This document shows, in pieces, positions 13,998 to 28,737 of a DNA stretch of 63,253 nt; position 1 is the stretch's first letter, and every line of letters starts with the position of its first letter. The stretch is from Trichoplax sp. H2 (Eukaryota). The stretch covers positions 1-63,253 of the forward strand of contig NOWV01000289.1 of assembly GCA_003344405.1 (NCBI GenBank), in the 5' to 3' direction. Made by a program: the position numbers and the translations under genes. Below the pieces are notes generated by a model. That model searched no databases and was not told the origin of the DNA. It saw only the letters and a list, made by a program, of their open reading frames with translations.

Positions 13998-16900
13998 TTC
14001 GGCTTCACTGTCTGGGTTCTTAAATATAATAGTGCACCTGATAAAGGAAATACTCGGAAGATTGCAAATCAAACGTGATATTATTAGCGAAATTCTTTTT
14101 GCCAATATTGAATTACTTTTATCGCTAATTTTATTGCATCCTATGCACATTTAACATATTGTACAGTTTAACGAAAATGATATAGAAAACAGCTATTACA
14201 CTTTTATAATACACCTAATCCTGAAAAATATTGCATAGTCCTCTGGTAAAATTACAAATTATTCGAATCTATCGAATACATTAAGTAGTGGTAATGGGTG
14301 AATAAAAGTAATGAAGAATCGGAAATAAATCTCAGCTGAATCATTGGTAAGTTAGGACATCATATGCTGTACAGTACATATTAGCTCTACTTTAATATAC
14401 CTCAAAGTAATTTCAAGACATACATAATCAGCATCGGAGTGATAGCGGACATTATATTGAAAAATAGAATAAATCCTAATTAGCTGTGGGTTAGGTAAAG
14501 ACATCCTCAGTCAATATACTGTATTAAAAGTATGAGTCTGTTGAGACTGCTGACTTAGCATCACAGATTCTTCAGTATACGTATTTCAAGTAGAGATCCT
14601 GCTAGTAATGAAGAAGTTCTAAGGATTACGTAATCTTAGGCTACTGATACCGTATATATGGATATATAATAAAATAACAGAGGTGGGCTATAATAGTTTA
14701 TTCTAATTTCTTTCATAAAATTGATTTGATCTATTCTCTATGACTTAAAGCCCTGGGGCATCTAATGTGAACATTCTTCTTACATTGTATGCAATGACTC
14801 CTTTAACTTTGTAGTGATTTAAAATAAGCTATAATTCTATAGTAAATGTTTTTTTGTAATACTTTGAATGTCGGGGTAGTTTTAAAGCTTTGCAAGCGCA
14901 ATCCTTTCTGATAATAGTTTTAACCCTGCAGTCACGAAAAAAAATAATGATAGCAATAACATTCATATATTACACTATACCGTAGTATCACTTAAATTAG
15001 CATAACTTAGAACGCAAGTAGATATTTAGAGTAGAAAGCAAATGTAGGTGTAGTACTTTTCCACTATAATTATTTCAAGGAAATATTCACATCTGTTACC
15101 TATCTGTAAGAAAATATTTTATAGATACGGTCTAGAAAATCAGTTTTTAAGGGCTTAGCTTTCGAGTAAATAAATCCATTTTTCACGCCACCGAGCTTAA
15201 GTAAATTTTATCAATTTAAATCGTCGTATTGGATACTTTGCAACATTCTCCGTACAAGTTGTATTCACCAATAATGAATTGTCGGCAAGCTTAGACGTGG
15301 ATATCATTCTTTAGAGGATTACAAAGAAGACTTTTATAGAACTGTATTGATAGATTTAATATCTAAAATTATTTTAAAACATGAGTCTTGCTTTTATCTC
15401 GCAGAGCGGAAAGCATTATCACCATTTGTATAGATCATGCTGACTAGAAATTGCTACCATCGCCACGCAACAATAGTTCCCTAATGTAGAAATGTCTTAG
15501 TAATTTCGATAATCAGCAACAAAATTGCATCATCAAAGTCTTGCTAAATTTAAATTTGGCTCTTTTGTATCACGTAAGAAAAAATGGCTAAAAAAGAATG
15601 CACATCAATTTTAGCTGTCCAACTCAAGCTACGAACATGCAATCAAAGATAACGGATAGCCCCATCGCTTACTAAAATCTAAATATTGATATAAAAATCG
15701 TGGAGATACAATAATTATACTGCACTATCGTTATTTGTAGTAAAGAACATTATGATTCGAAATGTTCAATTAGCTAGGCATCATTATTTATTCGGCGCTA
15801 AATTTCTATTTATAGTGATACTCGTATTCTAAAACCATTGAATTTTAACCTAGGTTGGCGCTGGCGTGATGAATAAAGAATCCCTTCCCTCATAAGAGTT
15901 GTGACTATGCATATCTCGATGCCGAATTCTAATCAGTTTCATTTAAAGGACATTGAAACAAGATTTAAAATCAAAAGTGCTTTGTCTTTGCTAATTCAGC
16001 AATTCTTCAAAGTTGCGTTATATTTTAGTTATTAAATAATGTCTATCCGTCCTTCTATAGAAAGTCTGATCACTTTTTCTACCCCATCAAGACCATACTT
16101 AAACTAATATTTTTGCATCTCCTCATTGTCATTACGTAATAAAATTACGAACTGACATTGCACAGACAACACTCCCAAGGATGCTCATAATTGTGCTAGT
16201 CAATAACACATAAATAGCCACATATTGTTTTACTACCCATTTTACTCTCAACAATGCGATGGATTATTTTATCGTAAATAACAAATTAATCAATTACAGC
16301 CATAAATAAATTTCGATAGACATGCTTCATATTTCTAAGTCAGTGCGCCTGCAAACAGTAAGGAAACTGATTAACAAGCTATAGTAATATAAAATATTAG
16401 TAGAAGTGGTAGAAATAGCGTAAATGAATGATATTAAACAGATAATAAAAATTTCCTGGTGGTATCATTATTTAACAGCGGACCAGAATCAATAGCAGCG
16501 GTTTCGAAGCGTATTAAATTATATTTTCTTAATTTCTTGTTAATATATCAGCATTGTTAACCATTCATTTGTGCTTCTATTGCCATGAATAATGCTAATG
16601 AGATAAAAGTTAGGTCAAGTTTACACCAATTTACTATCATTACGTCATTTTATTACAGTGTAAGACAATTGACGAGTATGCTATTTTGAAATAACTTAAA
16701 ATAATATACAAGTTACTAATTAAAGCAATTTAGCAACTGAAGTACTGAAATATTAGGCTAGATAAAATAAATTAAATAAGAGTTCTTTTATATTAAAGCA
16801 CTTTCTTTAATAAGACTCTCATATTTTAAAATTCTAACAGTATTCCATGCGATCTATATTGAAAAAAAACCTCTAAGACAAATACTTCTAACTTATCTCT

Positions 16901-19900
16901 CTTCGTGTAATTTTAACTTTCGTTCCTAGAAACAAACAGGTGATAAAATGATCTAATTTGAATAATTAATTGTAGTAATTTTCTTAGAATGATGCAATTT
17001 AAAATTTCTTATTTGATACTTTACATCTTTAACATTCAATTACACGTGATGAATTTCTGTTCGGAAATGTTGGTCCGCTCTGTTAGCTTAATGTTTTTTA
17101 AATCTTCTAAACTGTCTCTCCTATGGCTTTTAAAAATGTTTCTAAATCGAAATGAACTTTACTTATAATTCACACTTACAAAGACTACATAGTGACTTTG
17201 GGACAAGTAATTATCTTATTTTTGTTCGATATTATACCTCGGAAAAGTTTGGAAATTTCGTTTCTTTTAATAAAATATATTGCCTTAGGCTAAGTTTTAT
17301 AACTTTATCTACGACGTACTACTTCAGTTAATATTGATTTCTTTTAAATTAACTAATTTTTCAATAAAGCTTATGTTTAGTTTTTGTCTAAGTGTAAATA
17401 TTGGTTTACTGTAACCTTTTGCAGATAGGAAAATATGAGATTTTGAAATCTGTTGCAGGTTGCTTAAGAGGGTGAATTTGATGGTTAGCTGCAGTATCAG
17501 TTTTTGGAGTCGTTTTAATTTCTTTATTGCTTGAATTAATTTTTGCAGCCATAGAAGATAAAAGATCTACTATTACCATGGAAGACAAATTAAATGTGCC
17601 ATAGCGTATCAATTTTTAGCAGTAGCAGATAAAGATTTACTCATCTCACGGATTGAAATGGGAACGTATCATAATTTTACTAACTTGAAGTCGAGGCAAC
17701 AGTAGGACACCTTATACTGTAAGTTATTCATATAGAGGGTAGAGTCAATTTGAATCTAAACCCTAATATTAAGGATAATAAAGAAATAGAATATAATTAA
17801 AATAATTGATTCAATGATAGCTTGTTATTCCGCCCCTTTACGAAGGATGATGAAATCGCTTGTCTTTATGATGCTGCAGTTTGGCTATTGATACTAAAGA
17901 CTATTATTGTTTGATTTATCAGAAAGACGTATCTTGGACGGGGCAATAATGTAATACAGATCGTAGATTGTCTCTCCATATGGACTTTGACTGCAGTATA
18001 AACTGATTCTGGATTTAGAATATACGAGAAGCATAAAGAAATTCAGATTATAATTTCAGCCCTAGTTAAAATGGTTATTTTTATTGACTTCTATCAAACT
18101 GATGATCATCCCATTGGACATTAACTAGCTCTTTACCGTATGATATCATCTTACGTTGAAATTTAACAATTCATTAATAGCAAGGACTTATAAATAATTT
18201 ACTATTCTGAATTCTATTTAATCCTGAAGGGCTACCCATTAGAAAATAATAATTAACACTTCCTTGCTTTATTATTGACTGATTCCATCTATAGCCCGGA
18301 CAATGAACTAATAGTTTTAAACATCGCATTATCAATGACTTGCCTTGCAAATTGATACCTTTCACACGGTGACTAAAATCAGTTTCATTGATTTGAATTA
18401 GTTTGATAGAGCTCTAAGAGTGCTCTTTCCTCTGGAAATTTTAGTACATCTGCTATTTGGTTTATATAGCACATAATAAATAGGCTTATAGCTTACAAAA
18501 TTCGAAGTATCGTTTCATGCTACATTAATTTGAAAGTAAAATTTTTAAAATTGAGATAATATGCCGAGATCGTGATTCAAGCAGGTATTAAAGTAATCGT
18601 CATATTTTCTCAATAGATTTCTTGTTTGATTTCATGGTCGTGGCTGCAATGCGGAATATGTCAAAAGCGATTAAAGGTGCTAGTCTGATCATATAATAGC
18701 TTATTTATTATTTTCACTAGCTTACGAAAATGCTTATAAATTAAAGTTATGGTTTTAGTAACGTTTCCAGACAATGCCACAGTTTCTTATTATAGTATAT
18801 CGATCTTTGTCCCTTGAGATTAGTTACTAAGTGATAACGAAACCCAAATCGAATTTAGAAAGATTCGACTTTAGATATAGTTCTTTGGCAATAATAATGA
18901 CTAATTACTGCCTTTAGATTATTGGAATATTTTTGCATGTTTTATTCATGAGAAGAATTACATCATGATTAATTGGTCCACGTCACAAGGTGAGCGCGCT
19001 GGATGATTATCACCAGATTTTGTACGCTACTATTCGCACTGTGTAATTATTTAATTGCAAAACAGAAACGAACTAACTTGAATTTTAATATGTATACGAC
19101 AATAAATGACTTTTGCTTACTGCATATGCTCACTATTTACTGTATGACTTGTAGAGATTGAAATGGTATGTAAAGCTAAAGCAAGAAAGTTGTTCCAGAG
19201 AGATTTTCTATGCCATTCAATCTAATAGTTGACCTTTAAATACAATTACTTTAGCTAGATTGATTTCTTTGCCTTCCTGTAATACAATCTTAAAAACAAT
19301 GAAAATGATTTTGGTTATTTTGATAAGTAGTAATTATGTAAGAACAATATTGTAAACATAATTGGATAGCCTAAATTGTTAAGATACTTAAGAAATACGA
19401 CTCTACTCCAGCGAATAACATTCCGTAAAGGAGTAAAACTTCGTTTTCCTCTACTACCTACTAGTTCTGTAATATAGGCTAACTAGAGTGGTCGTTTTGG
19501 ACTATCTAAAGAATTGAATTAGATTAAACTGATCATGATTTATCATTTCGCTAGCGAAAGGCAATATAATTTAACAGGAATATAATTAGCAAACAAGACA
19601 AAGGCAGTATTTATATGACTAATATTGTCAACAAAGTGCCGGCAGCGAGATAAACCAATTTTATTAAAGTCGTTCGAACGATATTATGTTAGATTGAAAT
19701 TGACCGTTATCCTGATATTAATGGCACTTAGGACGTAGGCATTTTGCCAAAGTGAAGTATTTCGGCTAGGAACTAAAAACCTGTAATGATTACTATGGCA
19801 TCATGCCATCGAAAGATACCTATCACAACTAGTATTGATGTTGAAATAACCGGCAACATGGTTTCCTAGGTGATATTTTCGATGTAAAACATTACAGTGG

Positions 19901-21384
19901 TTGCTATAGAAGATCAGGTGATGGAATAAGCTGACGATCAGCTAATACTGTTTCCAAAGCGATCAAGTTTCTCTTATTTTAGAATATAATTGGCGCATTT
20001 TGCTAAGATTTCAAAGCATGTCAACAAATTATGTTGTAGTAAAAGATTCCATAGTTGTATCCAAATTATTTTTACACCATTATACCTATAAAATAGTATT
20101 ATAGGTATAGAGTGGTCTAGTCTATTATTGTTTGCTATTATTACTTATCCCTAATTACATCATTTTTAAAGTTCGGAGTGAGAGTTGAACATTATACTCA
20201 GTGGCAATCTGCAAAGTTGAAGTCTTTCATTGAGTTATGGACAATAGTAGAAGCAGACACATTTACTACAATTTTGATTGGATTATTGTTCAAGGGCAAT
20301 ATTACAATGTTCAAATTTGCAATCATCAATTTACCCGGTTTACTTTTTTTAAATTATTCGCAAGCCATGTAGCTAGTAGTAAAAGAAAGAAAACATTTAT
20401 CGTATTTCTATTTTATAACCACTAGGATGAACTTTGACTAGTATGGCGTGATTAAAATCACAACAGGAGATTGTAGCCATTCAATCGATTTCTACTGTGT
20501 TCGTATAACCTTACAATACTCACCATTGCTTGTTCTTACTATCGACTATGACTTACTGTACTTTGCACAAGTCTCTGTTTGTTTACGAATTTTTCTATAT
20601 AATAAAATGCAAATTAAATTCAAGGGTTAGTGGCAAAGGATAATGGTATTGAACAACTTTGAAAAATGAACGACTATTTAAACTTTATCCAACATCGTAA
20701 TTCATAGTATTCGGGTTGTAAGATAAGACTAAAAATAGTCATGATAACCTTATGGTTTGGATCATATGATACATAATACAGTAATGGATATCCCCATCTA
20801 TTCTATTTTGATGGAATTTTTAACTGGCATGATGACATACGAGTAGTTCACTTTCAGCCAGTGTTCTCTACCTGAATGGTGTACTTATAGAAAACATGAC
20901 TCGTCATGCTGATGCTAGGTTTCAACAAGAAACTCAACAGGCCTGCCCAGGATTAAAAATAATTGTGAACATGTCTGCCAGGGTCATTCATGTTCTTCAC
21001 AATGAATATTAAATATGCTATAAAGTGAGTGATCTTTAAATTGATCTTCTATTGACCGCTAGATCTCCTGTAGGTGATTGAATGGTGGTTGCTTAGCGAT
21101 AGATTAATAGGGCTATTTTTAGATTGTATTTTAATCATATTTTTTAATCATATTAATTTAATTGGCCTTTATACCACTTAGAAATGGATCTACTCCAAAT
21201 AAATGCCGTCATTTATTGAAATATGGACAAAGAAAGTCATTGTTATTTTAAGCTATGGAATGAGCCCTGCCCACGGATCCTGATTCTATATAAGTGTTGC
21301 ACTTTGCCACCAGGAATTAAATTGCATTTGTTAATTTGCTTCGGCAGTTCTTCATCGGCTGAAAAGTTACTCAACAAATCCACA

Positions 21385-24300
21385 ATGCATCCTTCAACTT
21401 TGACTGTTTTTCTTTGCTTGACTGCGTTTCCCTTATCAGGTAGTAAGATATGATCTATATAGTATACAGGTTGCAATTCAGGATAACATGCGTATGCATA
21501 GATAATTTGACCATATTGAGTAATAAATGCTTCTAAACTGAGTGGCTTAACTTTAGCAATTGCCATATCTCATCACTAGCTGACGTATTTTCGATAAATT
21601 ATGGATTCACGTTATAAAAACGGTGTACTGTAGCTGATCTTAATAATTTTTGTTGCCATAACTATATTTAATTTTTCACTTATACAGTAGTTCTCCAAGC
21701 GACTAGTCGTAGAAATTGTCTTTTAGCAGGAATTTACCTTCATCAGAAATTTATTTGAGATTCTGATAGTGATTAGGGTTAGATAAAAGCTATATATTTC
21801 TGGTATGCGTATTTGAGTGCGTGTATTTATGAAGTAATAAATGCATTGCTAATAAATAACTCAATTTACATTTCAATAGTCTTGTCACAATGCCCTAATG
21901 GTTGCCTTTGCGGCAATTTTCATACGGTTAGTTGCGCTGGATCCGATATTATAACAATGCCATTAACTTCGTCGGTTATGCCAAACATCAAGTCATTGTG
22001 AGTATGAATTCATTACCAGCTCTTATTAGCATATGCAAATCGATATGTTAGCGTATGGATTGTAATCGTAAACAGTTTTTCTTCCCTCCATGTTGAAATA
22101 CGTTAATTAGACATGAGATATACATCATTATTGGTAATGGCCATGACTTTACCATTTAGTACTTTGCTCTCTTGGAATGCTGTTTTTTAATTCATTTTCT
22201 AAAGTCATATTTCTATATATCTAAATTGATGACAAGATGTCTACTGACTTTTAATTAATTGACGGTTGTAAATTGTTCTTTCCTTTCATTCGATAGTATT
22301 TTAACACATACGAACGTAGCTACAATTCCATCAGCGAGCTTTATCACATATCCGAACTTAAATTATATGTAAGTTTATGTACTCATAGTGATACAATTGA
22401 CGAAAGATAAGACGTAAATAAGAATAATTGCTCTGATAACTTTTTTCAATACGCATATCAAATTTAATGGCTCTAAATATTCCCAATTTAAAATACAGAG
22501 GTTTAAAGTATAACAAAATTAATAAAATCGAACCAGGAGCTTTCAAAGGATTATCGAAACTAACGACTATGTAAGTACTTTGACACTGCTTATGCAAGAA
22601 GCATTGGTGTGATACTAAAAAATGTTAACAATGTTATGTGGAGAATGTGTGGCATTTCATTTTATTTAGTAATATAAATTGACTGCTGCAAAAAATTATT
22701 AGATAATCAAATTTGTCGTTGTAAATCGTATTCTATTACAGAGATTTTACCGGTAACAAATTACAAGTTATTGAGAACAATTTATATGCTAATTCAACAA
22801 ATTTACGCAAATTGTAAGTAGCTCTATAATGCTATAGTAAAAATTTAATTAAGTATTAAATATATTCATAATTAGTTTCATACATAATAATCTTAACGAC
22901 TTACATCCGGTGTGTATTATACTTCAATTTATTGGTATTAATGCATTTTGTTTTATTCTAGGAAATTTGATAAAAATTCAATAACGTCAGTTAAGAATCA
23001 AGCCTTTAATGGATTACATAAATTATCTATGCTGTAAGTAGCATTGAAATAAATACACAACTGCACATAACATGAAGAAGAAATTACTAGATTATGAAAT
23101 CTTATGTACATGAATATTAAATAGAAATAACTATTATCCCACAGTTCGTTCAGTAATAATCAACTTCGTGAAATTCCTACTATCGCATTACATCCTTTAA
23201 GCCAACTAAACACACTGTAAGTTATATCGAAGTTTTCGATATTCATAGTAAAGTAGATAGCTGTTATTTTAATTGGTTTATATTTACTTCTTGAATATCT
23301 AGAATATTGGATAATAACCAATTATCGCGCATTGATGATGAGAGCTTTAAACTACCGAATTTGCAAGAACTGTAAGTTAAAGTAAATTAGTAACGATATC
23401 TAATAGTGAGCATAATCAGAAATACAGTATGTACTAGTACACCATTTCCAGCTGCATATTACTTATTGTTTACCTTTTTTTCTTTTTTCATTAAGTTTAT
23501 ATATAAACCATTTTTTAATGATTAATTATTAAATATACTAAATAATTTTACTCTAAATGTAGGCGATTGTTCCATAATTCCGTCATGAATATCTCCGATA
23601 GAGCATTTAAATGGAATTCTAACCTTAAGTACTTGTAAGTATCAACATGAAAATACTTCATTAGTTTCCTTATTTAATGTGTATTTGCATAGTTATCAAG
23701 ATTTTGCGAATAATATTAAAAGAGGCTAAAGGTTAAATTTATTTCACTATAGAGGATTAAGTTACAATAAACTTAATACCATCAATCAAAAGACTTTTCA
23801 GCCGTTATCTCATCTTATGGAATTGTATGTGATATTTTAAATAACTGTACAGACAGCTTTGCTACATATAGGCATCCAATTTTTAATGCTTCCAATATAC
23901 TTTTTTAGATATTTAAGTAAAAACGAAATTACTTCACTAAGTGCTGAATTGTTTCAGAATCTTAACAATCTGCTAGCCTTGTAAGTAGAAATAATAGCAT
24001 TTTGTAAAACATTATTCTTTTGCTAGTGAAAAGATTTAATTTTTTATCATTCACGATACGATATAATAACTTAATCTATTTGTTAATCTCTACAGAGATA
24101 TAAGTAATAACCATATCGCAAAAATTTCGAACAATATTTTCGCCCCTATGCGAAATTTAAGAAGACTGTAAGTTAATCTTTCAACATAATAAACTAGTTT
24201 AGCGAAATATTTAATAATTTATAATCTGTTTCTTTAGCACTCGATTCTGTAGCAGTAAAAACACTTTCGATTTAGCTTCCAATCAAATATACTGTATTTG

Positions 24301-26592
24301 TTTACCCGTAGGAATTTATCTTACGCTAAACTGACTTCAATCACCAAGACAAGCTTCGGATCTATGCCTAACTTAATTCAATTGTAAGTGTTAGCAAATT
24401 AGCGGCATTCTTTGTTGTTTACAGCATCATTCAAACTATTAATTTTATCTTGCTGTTATTTCAATAGAATTTTAACCAACAACGAAATATCGAGGATCGA
24501 GGACGCAGCATTTACGAAAATGAAGAGCTTAACTGAAATGTAGGTTATCTTATATTCATTTTAATAACTAATAGCCTAGACTGAATTCGTAGCTGTGGTT
24601 TTAATTTGTGTAAGAATTAGCAAGTGTTGCTAAAATAAAATTGCTAGCTTTATCTCAGCTTTAGAATAATCATAGAGGAATAATGATTAAGAAAAAATGA
24701 AATAATATACTATATCTCATTTATTAATCAGATACTTGCAAGGAAATAGGTTAACTACTGTCAATTCAAAAGTTTTCATCTCCTTATCAACACTCCAAAA
24801 ACTGTAAGTTTTCATCGAGAATTAAAAGTGTATTTTTTAGGTCTTAGCTTATTTATTATTAAATTTAGGTATAACATTAAAGTTATGAAATAGTAACGTA
24901 TAATTTATTTCTTTCAATAGGGACATATCTAATAACTGCCTGTATGACATCAAAAATAGTGCCTTCAAAAAATTGAACAATCTGCACAGTCTGTAAGTCA
25001 AGCTTCCATTTCAAAAATTATGAATTCCATCGAACGAGTTTTTGATGCTGTTACTGCTATACTGTAGGCTTTAATTAATTATATGCTATTGATTTCATTT
25101 GTATTAGAAATTTAGGAAATAATCACCTCTCTATTATTCGCCATAATGCTTTCGAAGGATTGCTAAAGCTTTATGAATTGTGAGTGCATTATTGTATTAG
25201 ATATGCTAGAATTTTTAATGAAATTGAAATCGGATTATAAAGTACCCTAATCAAAATATCACTTCAATAAGATAGAAATATGTTGAGGACCAATGTTACA
25301 TGTGTGCACAAGGATGCATTTGTCAAAATGCCAAATTTAAAAACTCTGTAAGTATTAAAAATTAAATGTTCCTATACGCTATCTTTTAATTTATAGCTGA
25401 TAGTAAGGTAATTATTAAGTATAAATATTCCCAATTAATTATAATCTACTTAATATGTAGAATAAGTCATTCAGCTGCTGTATGTTGCAATCTTCCGACT
25501 CAAAAATCCTGTAAAGCTTATTCTGGCAGCTGCGAAAAAGTGAATCAAAAATGCCATAATAACATGCCAAAGCCGGCATTATGCCACGGCAGGTAATTTT
25601 TAGCATTTCTTCTTAGTATCAAATACAACTATCTATTCCGTACAGTTTTTAGCCTTAATCATATGAAGATCGTTATTATAATAATTGAAATAGAAGACTT
25701 TTGAATATTTATCTAAGTTGTCAATAGTAAATAATATACGTAACATCGTGTATGTATTCTAGCAATTAGTAAATATCTTAAATATTATTTTCTATTCTTG
25801 ACAATGCTAGTAATGTATCGGAAGACGTAATTTAGCCATAAATTAACCGATTAATCTTAAATTAGCAAGATTTACATCAGAATGGTACGACACACCCGAA
25901 TTAATAATTCAGTTCTGAGACCATAATAGTCTGTTAGCAGTTGCTAATATTTTAGATTGTTGATTAATGACTCATCTATACTTGAACCAATAAGTAAATA
26001 GACGACGTTGTAAACTAGTACGGTAAACGCCCAAGATGACCAACTTACTATTTTTAGCCCAAATCTTTAGCGAAAAAATTAATGACGACTGATAGACCTG
26101 ATAGTAATATTGTGCTACCAATAGTAACAGTTAAATATGTTTTTGTTTCATTTAGTCTCTCTTTTAAATGATGCAGATTTATTGCTATTTCCTATCAAAT
26201 ATTACCGTATACCAACTGAGAAAATTTGGATAGTTTCGATTTGAATAACGCAAATATATAAAACCCTTTATCGTTATATAGCTACTTCTCTCAATAAATG
26301 AATGAATGATTTATGACTTACTTTATTCCATAATTAGGCTAATTTGCGAATTTTATATATGTGATTGTTAATCTAAACCATATATCGAATGTGTATTTCT
26401 TATTTTAGACCTTTAAAAAGTTTTTCCAATGTCAGATCAACATCGGCCCCCATGGTATATACTGCAACGAACAAAATTCAAACAATCATCAAGATAGAAC
26501 AAACAAGTGGAGCTTGGTCAATCTTCGCTCGGTCTCAAGTTGACTTGATTATTTTATCGGTTCTTTCGTCTTATTTCCTGCATATGGTTTAA
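21385..26592 (+). CDS. Extracellular leucine-rich-repeat protein, about 545 aa, 20 exons: signal peptide, LRRNT, 16 LRRs, Cys-rich cap, short stalk, GPI-type C-terminus
   Basis: Exons 21385-21439 (or 21442; MHPSTLTVFLCLTAFPLS) and 21880-21997 (CPNGCLC..SC). LRR exons start at 22297, 22499, 22742, 22962, 23145, 23303 (69 nt), 23563, 23753, 23909, 24096, 24312, 24468, 24732, 24921, 25108, 25276 (others 72 nt, all phase 2-2). Then 25461-25592 (AVCCNLPTQKSC...) and 26409-26592 (...TSGAWSIFARSQVDLIILSVLSSYFLHMV*). All introns GT-AG; joined length 1638 nt, frame open. Confidence 0.92.
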
Positions 26593-28737
26593 GTATCTTG
26601 AAGTCAAAGTCTGTGAAACCTTATCACTCACCACAATGGAATCTATTTCTGAAAATGCCTTAGTAAATCACCTTTTACATATAAGCTTTGCACATTGTAA
26701 CAATTCAAAAAATCATAAAAATAGAAAATGCAAATAAACGTCTATTGCTGTAATGTGATGGAAGAAAGTCGAAATCGGTTGGCCTATTGCCCCGAAACTA
26801 TTTTGTAAGTTTGGAACTTAACATCATCAAGCAAGCTTTCAATATTTCGCTTAGGTAATAGCAAAGAAAAAAATGATAGAGATGGGCCATTGCTGCGCAT
26901 TAATGAAAAATTATTAAAGGTCTTTCTACCCACTTCAGCGTGGCCAATCTTTGGTTGATGTTGCAGTTATAGTATTAAAAATAACTCTTACTATCGCATT
27001 ATAAATTTGGTACAGTCAAAGTTTTTACAATTGCACTTGAATTTGGCTAAGTACGATCTTTTAATAGACTTGTTAACTTTGTAATCAATTGGGTAGCGTA
27101 GAACTTCTTATAATGTCATAATTTACATTAAAGAATTCAATATCATTATATGTTTATGCTATCATCTACATGATGCTATAACATCAATTAGAATTATCGA
27201 GTATAGTGGCTAGACAGCTGAATATCTACAATTATGGTTTCGCCATCAGTTCAGTTATGTACAATATCCTCTCTTAGCTGACATTTCTAATTTCTAATTT
27301 ATATTAACACTTCATTCAGCAGCAATACGCAATAAAATAGATTCCTGCACCTTAAATGTTTCACCTTATTACATGCTAATCAAAATTCAGCTATCCTTTT
27401 AAAAATTAACAGAAAATTTGCAATTATATCTGTGTTAAATATTCGAAATTAATATTTGTATTAAATAACGAATACTTTAGTGCATTAATTGGACGCTGAT
27501 TTTTAGCTGCTATTGCACTTTAAACAATATACGCGTATTTCTTATTATTAATGTTTATTACACAATATTTTATTCAAGAAAATCTTCAAGTTGAACTTTT
27601 AAATTTCACTTCTAATTTATTATTTGATGTACGATAAATTTCTTACGATATGAATCGATATTTTCTGTACGATTATCGGATTATATTTACTACAAATAAA
27701 CTTATGGCAAGCATCACTATAAGCTTAAAATTTGCGTGGGAGTTATTGATAATATAGATCTCAAACACGGACTTAATGAAACTGATCCAATCAGTACCTA
27801 CAGAGGTCATCTAAGTATATATTTACTACCTGAAATTGTCTAAGTTATTTCGAATATTAACGTTATGCTATCAAGTTTATAAATTTAAAACTTGTGGCAT
27901 AGTGTCCAAAATTTATCATCTAGAGTGCATTGAAAACGAAAGCCACCAAAAGCTTATACGTTTCATAAATTGGTGCATTCCAGAGGCATACTATAATATG
28001 TGCGATTTTTGCTTGCAATACTAAAGCAAAGATATAAATAGTAGAATATGATCAAAGTCAATTTCAAAATTAATCTGCCTTTGTATCATAATATTTTACA
28101 GTTTAGGATTAGTTGAATACGTTATGAATATTCAAGCTTTGCATTTGATTACCTTATTGCTTTTACATAATAATAATGTAGAATTAAGAATGCTATATTT
28201 AGTATAGTATTGCTGATTACTGCAAATAAAAGATAGTCGAAAATAATTCATCTATGAGGAATCTAGTTAGAATTCTCGCTTATGAAAACTTTTTGCGAGC
28301 CTTATCAGTAAATAAGGTAATGAATCATTTCATACTCACAAGGTCTTACTCTCGTATGTTTCTATAAAGTAATTGTAGAGTTTTATCAAGATTGCTATAG
28401 ATCAAGAACTGAGTGTAGGTCAATCGTATAACATTTTTTATCCTAATACCTTCAAAGCTTAACTATATAAAAAAAGCAGTTCATTCATATTCTTTTAAAC
28501 GAAAAAGACTGTAATAGTCATCAAAGCAGCTTAGAAATGGATGTGTAGTTTACGATAATATTTTGTTTTGAACTGGTTAGAAGTATGAAGTACTACTTTA
28601 GGAATTGTTATTGATAGTATTATACTAAGTTTATTATGATATTATGACGATATAGTAATATATTACAAGTAAGTACCGAGAATATAGGAGTTTAACTGAA
28701 CTTACAATCTACGTAAACTTACGTCTAAAATTGTTTA

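Noticed and set aside
20081..20109. 11-bp stem hairpin TATACCTATAA/TTATAGGTATA
   Set aside because: AT-rich and plausible by chance in 63 kb; no supporting context.
21243..21566. 107-aa minus-strand ORF
   Set aside because: Antisense to the LRR gene's signal-peptide exon (21385-21439); no recognisable motif.
10907..21880. Idea that one signal-peptide exon serves both LRR blocks
   Set aside because: The second gene has its own phase-1 signal exon at 21385.
21880..25347. Regularly spaced TTGTAAGT/CTGTAAGT motifs as a CRISPR-like array
   Set aside because: They are splice donors of 72-nt LRR exons.
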